From Octopus bimaculoides (taxonomy: Eukaryota): DNA of 38,335 bases. Positions 12,363 to 24,490 of the stretch are shown here, in pieces; positions within the stretch are counted from its first letter, which is position 1; every line of letters starts with the position of its first letter. Below the pieces are notes generated by a model. The model searched no databases. It had not been told where the DNA came from and saw nothing but the letters and a program-made list of their open reading frames with translations. A program made the position numbers and the translations under genes. The stretch lies in assembly GCF_001194135.2 (NCBI RefSeq), contig NC_068985.1, positions 6,011,701 through 6,050,035 of the forward strand. Direction: 5' to 3'.

Positions 12363-12989
12363 GGCGGCGAGCTGGCAGAAACGTTAGCAGGCCGGGTGAA
12401 ATGTGTAGCGGTATTTCGTCTGCCGTAATGTTGTGAGTTCAAATTCCGCCGAGGTCGACTTTGCCTTTCATCATTTCGGGGTCGATAAATTAAGTACCAG
12501 TTACGCATTGGAGTCAATGTAATCGCCTTAATCCCTTTGTCTGTCCTTGTTTGTCTCCTTCATGTTTAACCCCTTGTGGACAATAAAGAAATAAGAAACG
12601 TTAGCACACCGGGCGAAATGCTTAGCGGTATTTCGTCTGCCGTTACGTTCTGAGTTCAAATTCTACCGAGGTCATCTTTGCCTTTCATCCTTTCGGGGTC
12701 GATAAATTAAGTACCAGTTACGTACTGGGGTCGATATAATCGACTCTGCTTCCTGCTCAAAGATTTCGGACCTTGTGCGTAGAGTAGGAAAGAAACGTTA
12801 GCACGCCGGGCGAAATGCTTAGCGGTATTTTGTCTGTCTTTACATTATGAGTTCAAATTCTGCCGGGGTAGACCTTGCCTTTCATCATTTTGGGGTCGAT
12901 GAATTAAGTACCCGTTGCGTACTGGGGTCAGTCTAATTGACTGGCCCCCTCCCTCCAAAATATCGGGCCTTGTGCCTAAATTAGAAAAG
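12363..12989 (+). mobile_element. Head-to-tail trimer of SINE family A
   Basis: Full head ggcggcgagctggcagaaacg at 12363. Units 2 and 3 restart at agaaacgttagcac (about 12594 and 12791). Each unit has gagttcaaatt and the gtcga...taagtacc core. Confidence 0.92.
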
Positions 12990-13003
12990 AATATTTTCCA
13001 GAC

Positions 13004-13190
13004 CGAAGGCGACGAAATGTTTAGCGGTATTTAGTCTGTCTTTATATTCTGAGTTCAAATTCCTCCGAGGTCGACTTTGCCTTTTATCCTTTCGGGGTCG
13101 ATTAAATAAGTACCAGTTACGCACTGGAGTCGATCTAATCACATGTCTTCCTCCCCCAAAATTTCGGGCCGTGTGCTTAGAGTACGAAAT
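13004..13190 (+). mobile_element. SINE family A, 5'-truncated fourth unit
   Basis: gacgaaatgtttagcggtatt...gagttcaaattcctccgaggtcgactttgcc, bounded by AATATTTTCCAGAC at 12990-13003 and 13191-13204. Confidence 0.88.
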
Positions 13191-13909
13191 AATATTTTCC
13201 AGACTGCAAATAAGTAGTACATCCATGTTTTGAAGTATTACTTATTTCTCATAAATATGCTATAGATTTTCAGGAGGTTAATGCTTTTGAAAACATCTTC
13301 ACACCAAGAAAGTAATTTCTCTAACTATGTGACAGATATTAGAGTGAAGGTAAATGGTTAACTGAAGAACCGAACTTGAAATATTTTATAAAGTTTTTTT
13401 ATAAAGAAGAGGCAAAATTGTTCAAGCGATGATTCTTTCCTTGTACCCAATTTAAAATATCCAATGAAGATATATCTGCTGCATGTAGAAAATTCTGGTA
13501 ATTGTTCGCTGCAATTCGACATAGATATAGGTTTCAGGGATGCTGCCTCTAAGTTGTTCAAGCCGATACCTCTACGACTGGAAAAAATATCGCAATCCAT
13601 AAAACTTCACATATATATGTACTCACTCGCACGCGCGTACATACACGTATACACACCAAAAGACACACACACAACCACATACACACGCACATACACATAT
13701 ATCTATCTGTGTACTTTGTATACATACACATATTTTTGAGGCATTTAAACTTCAATTTTTAAACCTTCACGGTGAGGTTTAAGGAAACTTCTCAGTTTTC
13801 TAAACATGTACTCAGTACTCAGTTCTCTAAACATTACGAATGCAGTCGTATTGTGCATAAAACGGTCTAGAACACAATCTGATGGGAATTGTGGTATATT
13901 CGTGAACCT

Positions 13910-14052
13910 GCGTGGCCGAGAGGCGAAGGCGTCACCATCACGATTGTGAGATCATGGTTTCGAATCAAAGACTGGTTGCGCCTTGTGTTATGGAGTAAAA
14001 GATACTTCATTTGTTGTTGTTGTTCAACTCCACACAGCTATTAGCGGGTAAC
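13910..14052 (+). mobile_element. Degenerate tRNA-derived SINE head (family B2-like)
   Basis: gcgtggccgagaggcgaaggc (A-box-like), ggtttcgaatc (B-box) and ttgtgttatggag...ctccacacagct, similar to the reverse complement of 29550-29681. Confidence 0.5.
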
Positions 14053-15551
14053 CTTGCAAATAATTGGCGCACAAGGGTAAGATTTTAAGCAGCCAGGTAT
14101 CTGCCATTGACAAAGTCAAAGAAGGCCAGTATCACGTGACCTGGTAGTCGTGGCAGAAATTAAGATGATTGTATCTTTTACAAATAATTGGCGTATATGT
14201 GCAGCATTTTCAGCAGCCATATATCTACCATGGAGGGAATGGGGATGATTGTGTCCCGCTCGCATTGTAAGCAACAGTACTCATGTGCACAACAAAAACA
14301 TATTGAAGCTTCTCGCGTATTAAATACCGGAGTATTTTGTGTTCTAACGCATGACCGGCTTTTAAGTATTGATAAAATTTACCTTCTGGCATTAGTACCG
14401 GTTCTGCCGATTTCATTATTTTTAAAATCAAATATTGTTTCAGTTGCATATAACAAGTATATCCACGTAAATATCGAACCATGAAAATAAGTGCTCAACA
14501 CCGAACTGGTGGATAGAATTAAGGTTACCATTGGTTTCATATTAAGAAAAGTGTCTCAATATCTTAACAATTTTTCAAACCGATCACATGAGGAATGTTG
14601 TTCGTCTCCATATATATGTGCGAGTGTGTGTGCGTGCGCGCGCGCGTGTACGTGTGTGTTTACTAAGAAATATCGCTCTAATATATATTTCCAAGTGAAT
14701 TATTTTATTGTTTTTGATTGTTGAGGCTATTTGCCTATTCCTTTAAAGAATATCTCCATATATCAATCCCATCCATATAATTCAGTATAATTTTATAACC
14801 TTCCCGTGAAATTCTCTCAGCAACTGTCTCACTAGGTAACATTTCCATATCCTTTGAAAAAATACAAAGGATAATTGAAATCACATCGTGTCTGAACATG
14901 ACTACTTCCTGGACATTGAATCAATCTAGCTATCTATCTATCTATCTATCTATCTATCTGCTTATCTATCTATCTTTCTTCCTTTCTTTCTTTTTTCGTT
15001 TGTTTCTTTCTCTGCTTCTCTCTGAATCCTGCTGTCTGTACGTGCACGCCCGCGTGCGTTTGTGACTTTTTTTGTGTGTGTGTGTGTGTGCGTGCGTGCG
15101 TGTGTGTGCGTGCGTGTGTGTGTGTTTCTGTAATCTGCAGAAACGTTTGATAAGCGGAACTAAATAAATTTCTTTAATTATTGAGTTCAAAGTAATATTA
15201 ACCCTTAATGCATATAAACTCCAAATTACACAGCAAGATATTCAGTGACTGCTCTAACTAAAACATGTTTATGATTATATTTATAAAAACCTAATTTTTT
15301 TCAGCTTGCTCGTTGCCAGAAGGTAAAAATTCGTAAAATCAGTTGAATCTTTGATATATTTCTTATAACAACATATCTTGTCTTTCCTTTCCTAAAACTT
15401 GTTTTTGTAATATCATAATATTATGAAAAGAACTGGACTATACTGTTGATATATATATATATCTCCTTACTTTCTCTCTTAGTATTTGATTTGCCTTATT
15501 TCCGTTCTATCGTTTACTTTCTGTTCCCGATATATATATATATATATATAT

Positions 15552-15616
15552 GGGAGAATATACAAATAATAACAACAGACGAGGACAGGTGGTGTAAATA
15601 ACAAAAGTATATATTA
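15552..15616 (+). repeat. Short fragment of an interspersed repeat following (AT)n, possibly PLE-terminal
   Basis: gggagaatatacaaataataacaacagacgaggacaggtggtgtaaatac. Recognised as a recurrent octopus-type repeat; not verifiable inside this window. Confidence 0.3.
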
Positions 15617-15976
15617 ATTTTTTTCACCACTACAAAATTTCTATTTTTCTTTTCCTTTCCAATTTATACTTGTTTAGTGCGAGTTTCTTTCTCGTTCTGC
15701 ACTCCGTAAACCCAAATGGAGTCATCGCATCATCTTTCCTGTATTTATCTTTTTTTCACCATTCATAGCTCTCTTGCTCGAAGCTATTTTACAGGAGATT
15801 GATATCGAAAGAACGGACTGCTTTTCTCACAACTGGAAAATCTACATTAAATTCTCTATAATATTTTACACATGTTCAACATTATAATTGATACATTGTA
15901 CTTAATCCATTCTTCTTATTTGTCTTATACTTGAACTTCTACATACATATATACATGCATACATGTATACACACAT

Positions 15977-16337
15977 GTTGTTGGCACTCCGTCGCTTACG
16001 ACGTCGAGGGTTCTAGTTGATCCGATCAACCGAACAGCCTGTTCGTGCACTCCACAGACACGTGTACCATTAACGTAGTTCTCAGGGATATTCAGCGTGA
16101 CACAGTGTGACAAGGCTGACCCCTTGAATTACAGGCACAGCAGAAACAGGAAGTAAGAGTGAGAGAAAGGTGTGGTGAAAGAGTACAGCAGGGTTCACCA
16201 CCATCCGCTGCCGGAGACTCGTGGAGCTTTAGGTGTTTTCGCCCAATAAACACTCACAACGCCCGGTCTGGGAATCGAAACCGCGATCCTATGACCACGA
16301 GTCCACTGCCCTAACCACTGAGCCATTACGCCTCCAC
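15977..16337 (-). mobile_element. SINE family B, full tRNA-derived head, ~23-bp internal deletion near the 3' end
   Basis: Reverse complement gtggaggcgtaatggctcagtggttagggcag (A-box)...ggtttcgattccc (B-box), body matching 5653-5972, (AAC) tail. Confidence 0.93.
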
Positions 16338-16598
16338 ATACACACATACAGACACACGAACACACACGCAAACACAGACACACACACACATATATGTATA
16401 CACGCACACAGACATTTCCTATATTCCTATATTTTCTATATTAGACCAATATTTCTGTTTTTGCTTGTGACTATTTTATTCTCCTGCCCAAGATACCAAT
16501 TAAACACAGAAACTGCTTGTTATACGCTCGTTATTGACTGATACTTACGGTAACCCTATTTGTTTTGCCCTCTTCATATTAATGTGCCATGTCTTGTA

Positions 16599-16938
16599 GT
16601 GGAGGCGCAGTTTCGATTCCCAGACCGGGCGTTGTGGGTGTTTATTGAGCGAAAACACCTAAAGCTCCACGAGGCTCCGGCAGGGGATGGTGACGAACCC
16701 TGTTGTACTCTTTCACCACAACTTTCTCTCACTCTTACTTCCTGTTTCTGTTGTGCCTGTAATACAAAGGTTCAGCCTTGTCACCCTGTGTCACGCTGAA
16801 TATCTCCGAGAACTACGTTAAGGGTACACGTGTCTGTGGAGTGCTCAGCCACTTGCACGTTAATTTCACGAGCAGGCTGTTCCGTTGATCGGATCAACTG
16901 GAACCCTCGACGTCGTAAGGGACGGAGTGCCGACAACA
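16599..16938 (+). mobile_element. SINE family B with the A-box region deleted
   Basis: gtggaggcgca joins directly to gtttcgattcccagaccggg; the rest of the body is complete. Confidence 0.93.
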
Positions 16939-17507
16939 GCTATGTCTTGTATTTAATAGACTCATAATTAAAGAAATTATCAGCCAAGTTACACATCGAC
17001 TTCGCCTTGTTAACTAAACTTCATTACTAGGACAGTCATACTTATGTTTAAAGCGAGGACCAAAAGTTTTCCTTATTTTGCTGTTAAGAATATACGTATA
17101 TTTATATTCTCTAAATCACATTCTATTTGCCTTTATCATATTCGGGTAACGAAATCCATTTTTTCTCTTTGGTCTTTCTATTTCAGGTTGACTACAAAGG
17201 AAAAGTTGAGGTGTGTTTCTGAAGTAATGTTATCTATTTCTGTAAACAACAACTTCTATGTTCAGGTGTGATAACGGTTTTAATGAAAGGATAAATAGAT
17301 CTATTGTGCGTGTCAATCGGCTTGCAGCGTGCTGTTATCAAATTTATTATACTTAATTGGTTTTATACTCACCTGTCAGAAGTGGTTATTTAATTCACTA
17401 AAATCGTCATTTATACTTTCATTTATTTGCGTTTCTAACACCAAATCCCTCCTTCCACGCCAAATAGTATCTCCATATGAAAGTGAATTCAATGAAGTTA
17501 TACACTG

Positions 17508-17508
<1 letters not shown>

Positions 17509-17561
<53 letters not shown>
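17509..17561. repeat. (AAT)n microsatellite
   Basis: Direct reading. Confidence 0.97.
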
Positions 17562-17567
<6 letters not shown>

Positions 17568-17751
17568 GACTCTGTTTTTATCTAGTGTAACAATTAACAG
17601 AGTCAATAATATCTTCGCAAATATTTTTCTCCTGAATTATTTACTCTGTATATATATATATAATTTGAATAAAAGCAACAACAATTCAATAGGTTATAGC
17701 AGTACGTACGTTTCGTACAAACTTCATTTATTCATGTAGTGAGAACACTAC

Positions 17752-17830
17752 ATAAAATGTACAATGAAAATGTACTCCTCAGCTGCATAATGCAATTTCA
17801 TGAGGAGTACATTTTCATTATACATTTTAT
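17752..17830. repeat. Near-perfect 30-bp inverted repeat with 19-nt spacer (fold-back/MITE-like), running into an N gap
   Basis: ATAAAATGTACAATGAAAATGTACTCCTCA versus TGAGGAGTACATTTTCATTATACATTTTAT; 29 of 30 positions complementary. Confidence 0.9.
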
Positions 17831-18468
17831 NNNNNNNNNNNNNNNNNNNNNNNNNNNNNNNNNNNNNNNNNNNNNNNNNNNNNNNNNNNNNNNNNNNNNN
17901 NNNNNNNNNNNNNNNNNNNNNNNNNNNNNNNNNNNNNNNNNNNNNNNNNNNNNNNNNNNNNNNNNNNNNNNNNNNNNNNNNNNNNNNNNNNNNNNNNNNN
18001 NNNNNNNNNNNNNNNNNNNNNNNNNNNNNNNNNNNNNNNNNNNNNNNNNNNNNNNNNNNNNNNNNNNNNNNNNNNNNNNNNNNNNNNNNNNNNNNNNNNN
18101 NNNNNNNNNNNNNNNNNNNNNNNNNNNNNNNNNNNNNNNNNNNNNNNNNNNNNNNNNNNNNNNNNNNNNNNNNNNNNNNNNNNNNNNNNNNNNNNNNNNN
18201 NNNNNNNNNNNNNNNNNNNNNNNNNNNNNNNNNNNNNNNNNNNNNNNNNNNNNNNNNNNNNNNNNNNNNNNNNNNNNNNNNNNNNNNNNNNNNNNNNNNN
18301 NNNNNNNNNNNNNNNNNNNNNNNNNNNNNNNNNNNNNNNNNNNNNNNNNNNNNNNNNNNNNNNNNNNNNNNNNNNNNNNNNNNNNNNNNNNNNNNNNNNN
18401 NNATATATATATATATATATATAATATAGATTTAATCAAAAGATATATATATATATACGAAATGGAGA

Positions 18469-18679
18469 ATGGGAAATATGAGCTACATATATTTCATAGC
18501 GAGTGGAACCTCAGAAATCGTAAAATCTGAATCTTTGCGTCAGCATGTACTTTCTTGCGACAATGTAGCCTTTAATCTATTCAAGTTATATTTGGCCAGT
18601 CACTGTATACGCCTCACTTGGATCTTACCACTTCTGAGGTTCCACTCGTTATGAAACATATGTAACCTGGATTTCCCAT
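18469..18679. repeat. Diverged 59-bp inverted repeat pair (fold-back element relic)
   Basis: 18469-18527 versus the reverse complement of 18621-18679: 49 of 59 identical by manual alignment. Confidence 0.85.
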
Positions 18680-19141
18680 ACTTCATTCTGTAACTGTTGC
18701 ATTCTTCTTCGCACACTCGGCAACCATGGATGCCTACCGAGGAATATAAAAAGAAATTTATTAGAGCATATCGTTCTTCGATTAAAGAAAATAAATTCAC
18801 AACCTTCCGTCTTAATAAACCACTATTGCTCCTGAATTTTGTTTTTATTATAACCACCACGGATTGCTCGAAGCTAACTTTCTTCCTACACTTCGATTCC
18901 CGGATCTTACATTTATACATGTCCAATATACATCTGTATAGCATTGCTTTGCAATAATGACGTGACAAGCATTGCAGTTGTAGTAGAATTTGAGTTGGTT
19001 AACACAGAATCTTTGAATGAAATTTATATTGCTCGATTCGATTCTGTTTCGATTATTGAACAAACGTATGTGTTATGAGAGGGAAATATCTGTAAACGTC
19101 CTAAATAGGCAGGTGTTGCTACTGACAGATGGAATGTTGTT

Positions 19142-19184
<43 letters not shown>

Positions 19185-19683
19185 CCACGTTATACAGAAT
19201 TGCTTTTAAATTTCCATTTAATTAATTGCTGTTTATTGTTTACCGTCAGTGCTACAGTTGAAACATAAATGCTACTCAAGGTCATTGAGGGTGTTCCAAG
19301 ATGTAAACAGATGGCAGTTTGCAAGCACCAGATAATTTAATCTAATTAAGACTAATTAATTTAGAGAATTCTTGCCTTCAATATTTGTATGCCTTATTGG
19401 TGTTTTCAAATATGGCTACTAATAATTGCCTTCAAAATAGCGAATATTCCGAAGGCGGTAAAAAAACTAAAATTCTTAGAATGCCAATGGCTTAAGCATG
19501 TAAAAGATATTCCGCGTATATATCACGTGATCATGCATAATTCCATTTACAATGAAAGATTTTAATATATTAGGTTGTTTATCTGTCTGTCTGTCTGTCT
19601 GTCTGTCTGCCTGTCTATCTATCTAGCTGTCTGTCTGTCTATCTATCTATCTACCTATCCATCCATTTATCTGTCTGTCTCTC

Positions 19684-19867
19684 TGACAACCGATGCTGAT
19701 GTGTTTGTCGCCCCTTAACTTAGAAGTTCGGCAAAAGTGACAAGAACAATAAGTATAAGGCTTACAAAGAATAAGTTACGGGGTCGATTTCTTCAACTAA
19801 CACCCTTCAAGGCGGTGCTCCAGCATGGCTGAAGTCAAAGTCCTGAAAGATCTAAAAGAATAAAAGA
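19684..19867 (+). mobile_element. SINE family C, 3' half, preceded by (TCTG/TCTA)n
   Basis: tgacaaccgatgctg...gttcggcaaaag...ggcttacaaagaataag...ggcggtgctccagcatggc...taaaagaataaaaga. Confidence 0.8.
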
Positions 19868-19980
19868 AAAATATAAGCCTACATCGCTTACATCTTGCGA
19901 TGCTAGTAACCGTGTGTTAGATCGCAATATTCATATGCTTCAGAACGAAAAGTCAGTCGTTTACAGAGCGGTAATGAGAA

Positions 19981-20197
19981 ATTATTTTCTACTCTTGGCA
20001 CAAGGACCGAAATTTTGGGGGAAGGAGACAGTCGATTAGATCGACACCACTACGCAACTGGTACTTAAATTATAGGCCTTGAAAGGATGAAAGGCAAAGT
20101 CGACCTTGGCGGAATTTGAACTTAGAATGTAAAGACAGACGAAATACCGCTAAGTGTTTCGCCCGGTATGCTAACGTTTCTGCCAGCTCACCGCCTA
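19981..20197 (-). mobile_element. SINE family A, full length, with probable 13-bp TSD
   Basis: Reverse complement of the family A consensus. Flanks are agcggtaatgaga (19967-19979) and agtggtaataaga (20198-20210). Confidence 0.9.
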
Positions 20198-21083
20198 AGT
20201 GGTAATAAGANNNNNNNNNNNNNNNNNNNNNNNNNNNNNNNNNNNNNNNNNNNNNNNNNNNNNNNNNNNNNNNNNNNNNNNNNNNNNNNNNNNNNNNNNN
20301 NNNNNNNNNNNNNNNNNNNNNNNNNNNNNNNNNNNNNNNNNNNNNNNNNNNNNNNNNNNNNNNNNNNNNNNNNNNNNNNNNNNNNNNNNNNNNNNNNNNN
20401 NNNNNNNNNNNNNNNNNNNNNNNNNNNNNNNNNNNNNNNNNNNNNNNNNNNNNNNNNNNNNNNNNNNNNNNNNNNNNNNNNNNNNNNNNNNNNNNNNNNN
20501 NNNNNNNNNNNNNNNNNNNNNNNNNNNNNNNNNNNNNNNNNNNNNNNNNNNNNNNNNNNNNNNNNNNNNNNNNNNNNNNNNNNNNNNNNNNNNNNNNNNN
20601 NNNNNNNNNNNNNNNNNNNNNNNNNNNNNNNNNNNNNNNNNNNNNNNNNNNNNNNNNNNNNNNNNNNNNNNNNNNNNNNNNNNNNNNNNNNNNNNNNNNN
20701 NNNNNNNNNNNNNNNNNNNNNNNNNNNNNNNNNNNNNNNNNNNNNNNNNNNNNNNNNNNNNNNNNNNNNNNNNNNNNNNNNNNNNNNNNNNNNNNNNNNN
20801 NNNNNNNNNNNNNNNNNNNNNNNNNNNNNNNNNNNNNNNNNNNNNNNNNNNNNNNNNNNNNNNNNNNNNNNNNNNNNNNNNNNNNNNNNNNNNNNNNNNN
20901 NNNNNNNNNNNNNNNNNNNNNNNNNNNNNNNNNNNNNNNNNNNNNNNNNNNNNNNNNNNNNNNNNNNNNNNNNNNNNNNNNNNNNNNNNNNNNNNNNNNN
21001 NNNNNNNNNNNNNNNNNNNNNNNNNNNNNNNNNNNNNNNNNNNNNNNNNNNNNNNNNNNNNNNNNNNNACACACACACACATA

Positions 21084-21116
<33 letters not shown>

Positions 21117-22259
21117 ATGTGCGTACGTGTGTGTACATATACCTGCATTTTGTTGTACTTGTTTTGTACTGTACATATTTCCGAGCTAAATATATTTCCA
21201 TTCTGCCTTAGTCTTTAGTTGAAAGCTACCTATACATTTTACTTTCTAATTATTTATTAAAACGGCATCAATAAGGCGTTACATAAGATTATGTAGAATA
21301 TAGAATACATTATCGACTAGGGAAAATAAAGTTATTTCACTTAATGTGGCATCTCTGTTATAAAAATGCCACAAGAAATCCAACATGCTATTCGGCAGAT
21401 AATGTTGTAGCAAATTTATCAAGGTTTACTGCAATGTTATCAATAAAATATAAAATAATGACTTTTATCTCAGATAGTGTGCAAAAAGCAGAAATAAATT
21501 TAATGGCGCATTACAAGAAGAGGGAATAAAAACTATGCAAGGAAATGTTTATGAATATATGTATCATACCCACACACATACATTTTCACACATAGACACA
21601 TATGAATAATATCATATATGCATACGTACATACACGCATAGATATATATTTTTGAATTTTCTTTATGTTTGTACAAGTATACACGCATACATGTTAGTGT
21701 CTATATCTTTCTAAGTCTCAATATGTGTGTGTGTGTGTGTGTGTGTGACGGTCAGTATATGTGTCTGTGCTTGTGTCACTGTGTTAGAGCTTGTGTGTTT
21801 TTTTTCGGATGGAATGTGTATTGTCTGTGTCTAATTCAAAATTTAAAAACGAAGCAAGTGACATGTAAAATGGAAGTGAATCAGAGGAGGAGGAGGTGGG
21901 GAAAAGCATGTGAACAAATTCGCAAGAGTATACAAGAAAATAACACTAAAATATATGTAGGGCATGTGTTGGAGACTACGCTTCATATGTTATATGAATT
22001 TGGATATTTCATTCCAGAAGAACCAGTAAACATGGTTTGTTATGTATAACAAATGATAGTATTACACTATGATATCTCTATCAACAAACTATGCTTTCCG
22101 TGCGAAAACTAATTAAATTTTATTTTAAGACTAAATACTACAAGATTTGGAGGTAGAGTCTTGAAATATTGAAGAAGTGAAATTTATTCAACCTAGAATA
22201 ATGAAAAAGTGAAATTTATTCAATATCTAATACTGGTCAATAATTTCTCCTGCAATTAA

Positions 22260-22658
22260 GGCAGCGATTCGCCGGAATCGTTAGTATGCTTTTGGTATTT
22301 CGGCTCTCGCTATGCTCTGAGTTCAAATCCCAGCGAGGTCAGCTTTGCCTTTCATCCTTTCGGAGTCGATAAATTAAGTACCAGTGAAACACTGGGGTCT
22401 ATGTGATCGACTATCCCCCTCCCCCAAAATTCCGGGCCTTGTGCCTATAGTAGAAAAGAATCGTTAGCACGCCGGGCGAAATGCTTTGCGGAATTTCGTC
22501 CGTCTTCGCGTTCTGAATTAAAATTCAGCTGAGATCCACTTTGGTTTTCATCTCTTTCGTGGTCGATAAAATAAGTACCAGTTGGTTACTGGGGTCGATT
22601 CAGTCTACTTACACCTTCTCCCAAAATGCTGTCCTTGTGCCAAAATCTGAAACCAATA
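22260..22658 (+). mobile_element. SINE family A head-to-tail dimer
   Basis: The second unit restarts at agaatcgttagcacgccgggcgaaatg (about 22457). Confidence 0.88.
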
Positions 22659-22987
22659 ACTAGTACCGCAGTTAAGGGAGAAAGATCTGTCTTCTACAGT
22701 CTTAGCTGTCGTAGGCGATTTTTATTCACATGGGAGCTGTAAATATAAAAGGGGTGCATTCTGCACTTAAATTCGTAATGCAGTGTTAGGGAAATCTTCG
22801 TTTAAATGAGATTATCCAAGTTTCGATCAACTACTAGTATTGTTTCTTCACTTTAATTTTCAGCACGCTTGGAACAATCTGTTCCTACTAAATGTATGAC
22901 TGTCAGTTGGATACTGTTTCACCATAATTTATATATAAATAAAATTCTCATTTATTCACTAACTTTAATATTCTGACTTCATTTTAA

Positions 22988-23140
22988 GGCAGCGAGCTGG
23001 CAGAATCGTTAATTACACCGGGGGTAATTGCTTAGGATCGACTTTGACTTTTATCCTTTCGTAGCCGATAGCATAAGTACCTTTTGCGTACTGGGGTCGA
23101 TGCAAACGACCTACCTCTTTTCAAAATTGAAATCAATATT
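22988..23140 (+). mobile_element. SINE family A, degenerate with internal deletion
   Basis: ggcagcgagctggcagaatcgtt...tcgactttgacttttatcctttcg...ataagtacc...ctggggtcgat. Confidence 0.75.
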
Positions 23141-23371
23141 CTAACTTCATTCACTCAAAAATGGCGATCTAGAAAAAGTGCCATTTGTTATAAGCTATTG
23201 CACGGATCACTCTCGAATACTGAAGGTAAGTGAGATGCACTCCAGCAACTCCGGAATTTAAATAAACTAACACATAAACGAAACAGTCTTATATTTAAGA
23301 GATGAGGAATTATGTACATTATTTACATTATTTACATTTGACGGATATTTATCCTCATCTTGTTTGTTGTT

Positions 23372-23417
23372 AACACAACGTTTCGTCTGATATACCCTCC
23401 AGCCTTCATCAGGTGTC
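23372..23417 (-). ncRNA. Minimal type I hammerhead ribozyme (PLE type), catalytic core intact
   Basis: GACAC-CTGATGA-A-GGCTG-gagggtatat-CAGAC-GAA-ACGT-T-GTGTT. Stem I GACAC/GTGTT; stem II has one mismatch; palindromic AACGTT stem III; predicted GUU cleavage triplet. Confidence 0.75.
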
Positions 23418-23556
23418 TTGGGGAAATTTCGAACCTGGGGTCTCATTCCTCACGTATTTCTTAATTTTCTTCTTCTTCTTCTTCTTCTTCTTCTTCTTCT
23501 TCTTCTTCTTCTTCTTCTTCTTCTTCTTCTTCTCCTTCTTCTTCTTTTTTTTATTC

Positions 23557-23626
23557 AGGTCACTGGCAGGAATCGAACTCGGAATATTGGGGTTCGAAGC
23601 CCGCGCTCTTAACCACTACGCCATAT
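23557..23626 (-). promoter_or_regulatory. tRNA-like Pol III internal promoter inside the PLE terminus
   Basis: ggcgtagtggttaagagcgc (A-box) and gagttcgattcc (B-box) on the minus strand. Confidence 0.7.
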
Positions 23627-23875
23627 GGAGTGAATTTTTGGGGCTTATAAATCTAATATTTTCCTATCTTGCCTTAATACCGGTTCCCATATGTTATTCA
23701 TATCTACACTCGCTCTACTTAGGAGGTTGTTGTGTCCTAGCATATGTGCTGCTTCTTTTAGTTTTTGTATTTTCCAGTGGTGTTCTCTGTCTATTATTTT
23801 AACTTCATCCCACAGGGGGACGTGGTCTCCATTTTTCCATACATAATCAGCTATACCCGAGAAGATATTGATAAA

Positions 23876-24490
<615 letters not shown>

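Larger units (their letters stand above)
23281..23860 (-). mobile_element. Penelope-like element 3' end, left arm of palindrome
   Basis: Minus-strand translation SGIADYVWKNGDHVPLWDEVKIIDREHHWKIQKLKEAAHMLGHNNLLSR...WEPVLR* resembles the C-terminal half of a PLE GIY-YIG endonuclease. It is followed by a tRNA-like head, (GAA)n and a hammerhead. Confidence 0.85.

Noticed and set aside
21669-22049. 126-aa ORF
   Set aside because: The N-terminal half is GT microsatellite and the remainder has no recognisable motif.
23221-23232. Consensus splice donor AAG/GTAAGT
   Set aside because: No supportable upstream exon or acceptor.
23557-23626. Functional tRNA gene
   Set aside because: It has A/B boxes but no complete cloverleaf or acceptor stem, and it is embedded in a repeat, so it is treated as a tRNA-derived promoter. 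The same applies to the SINE heads.
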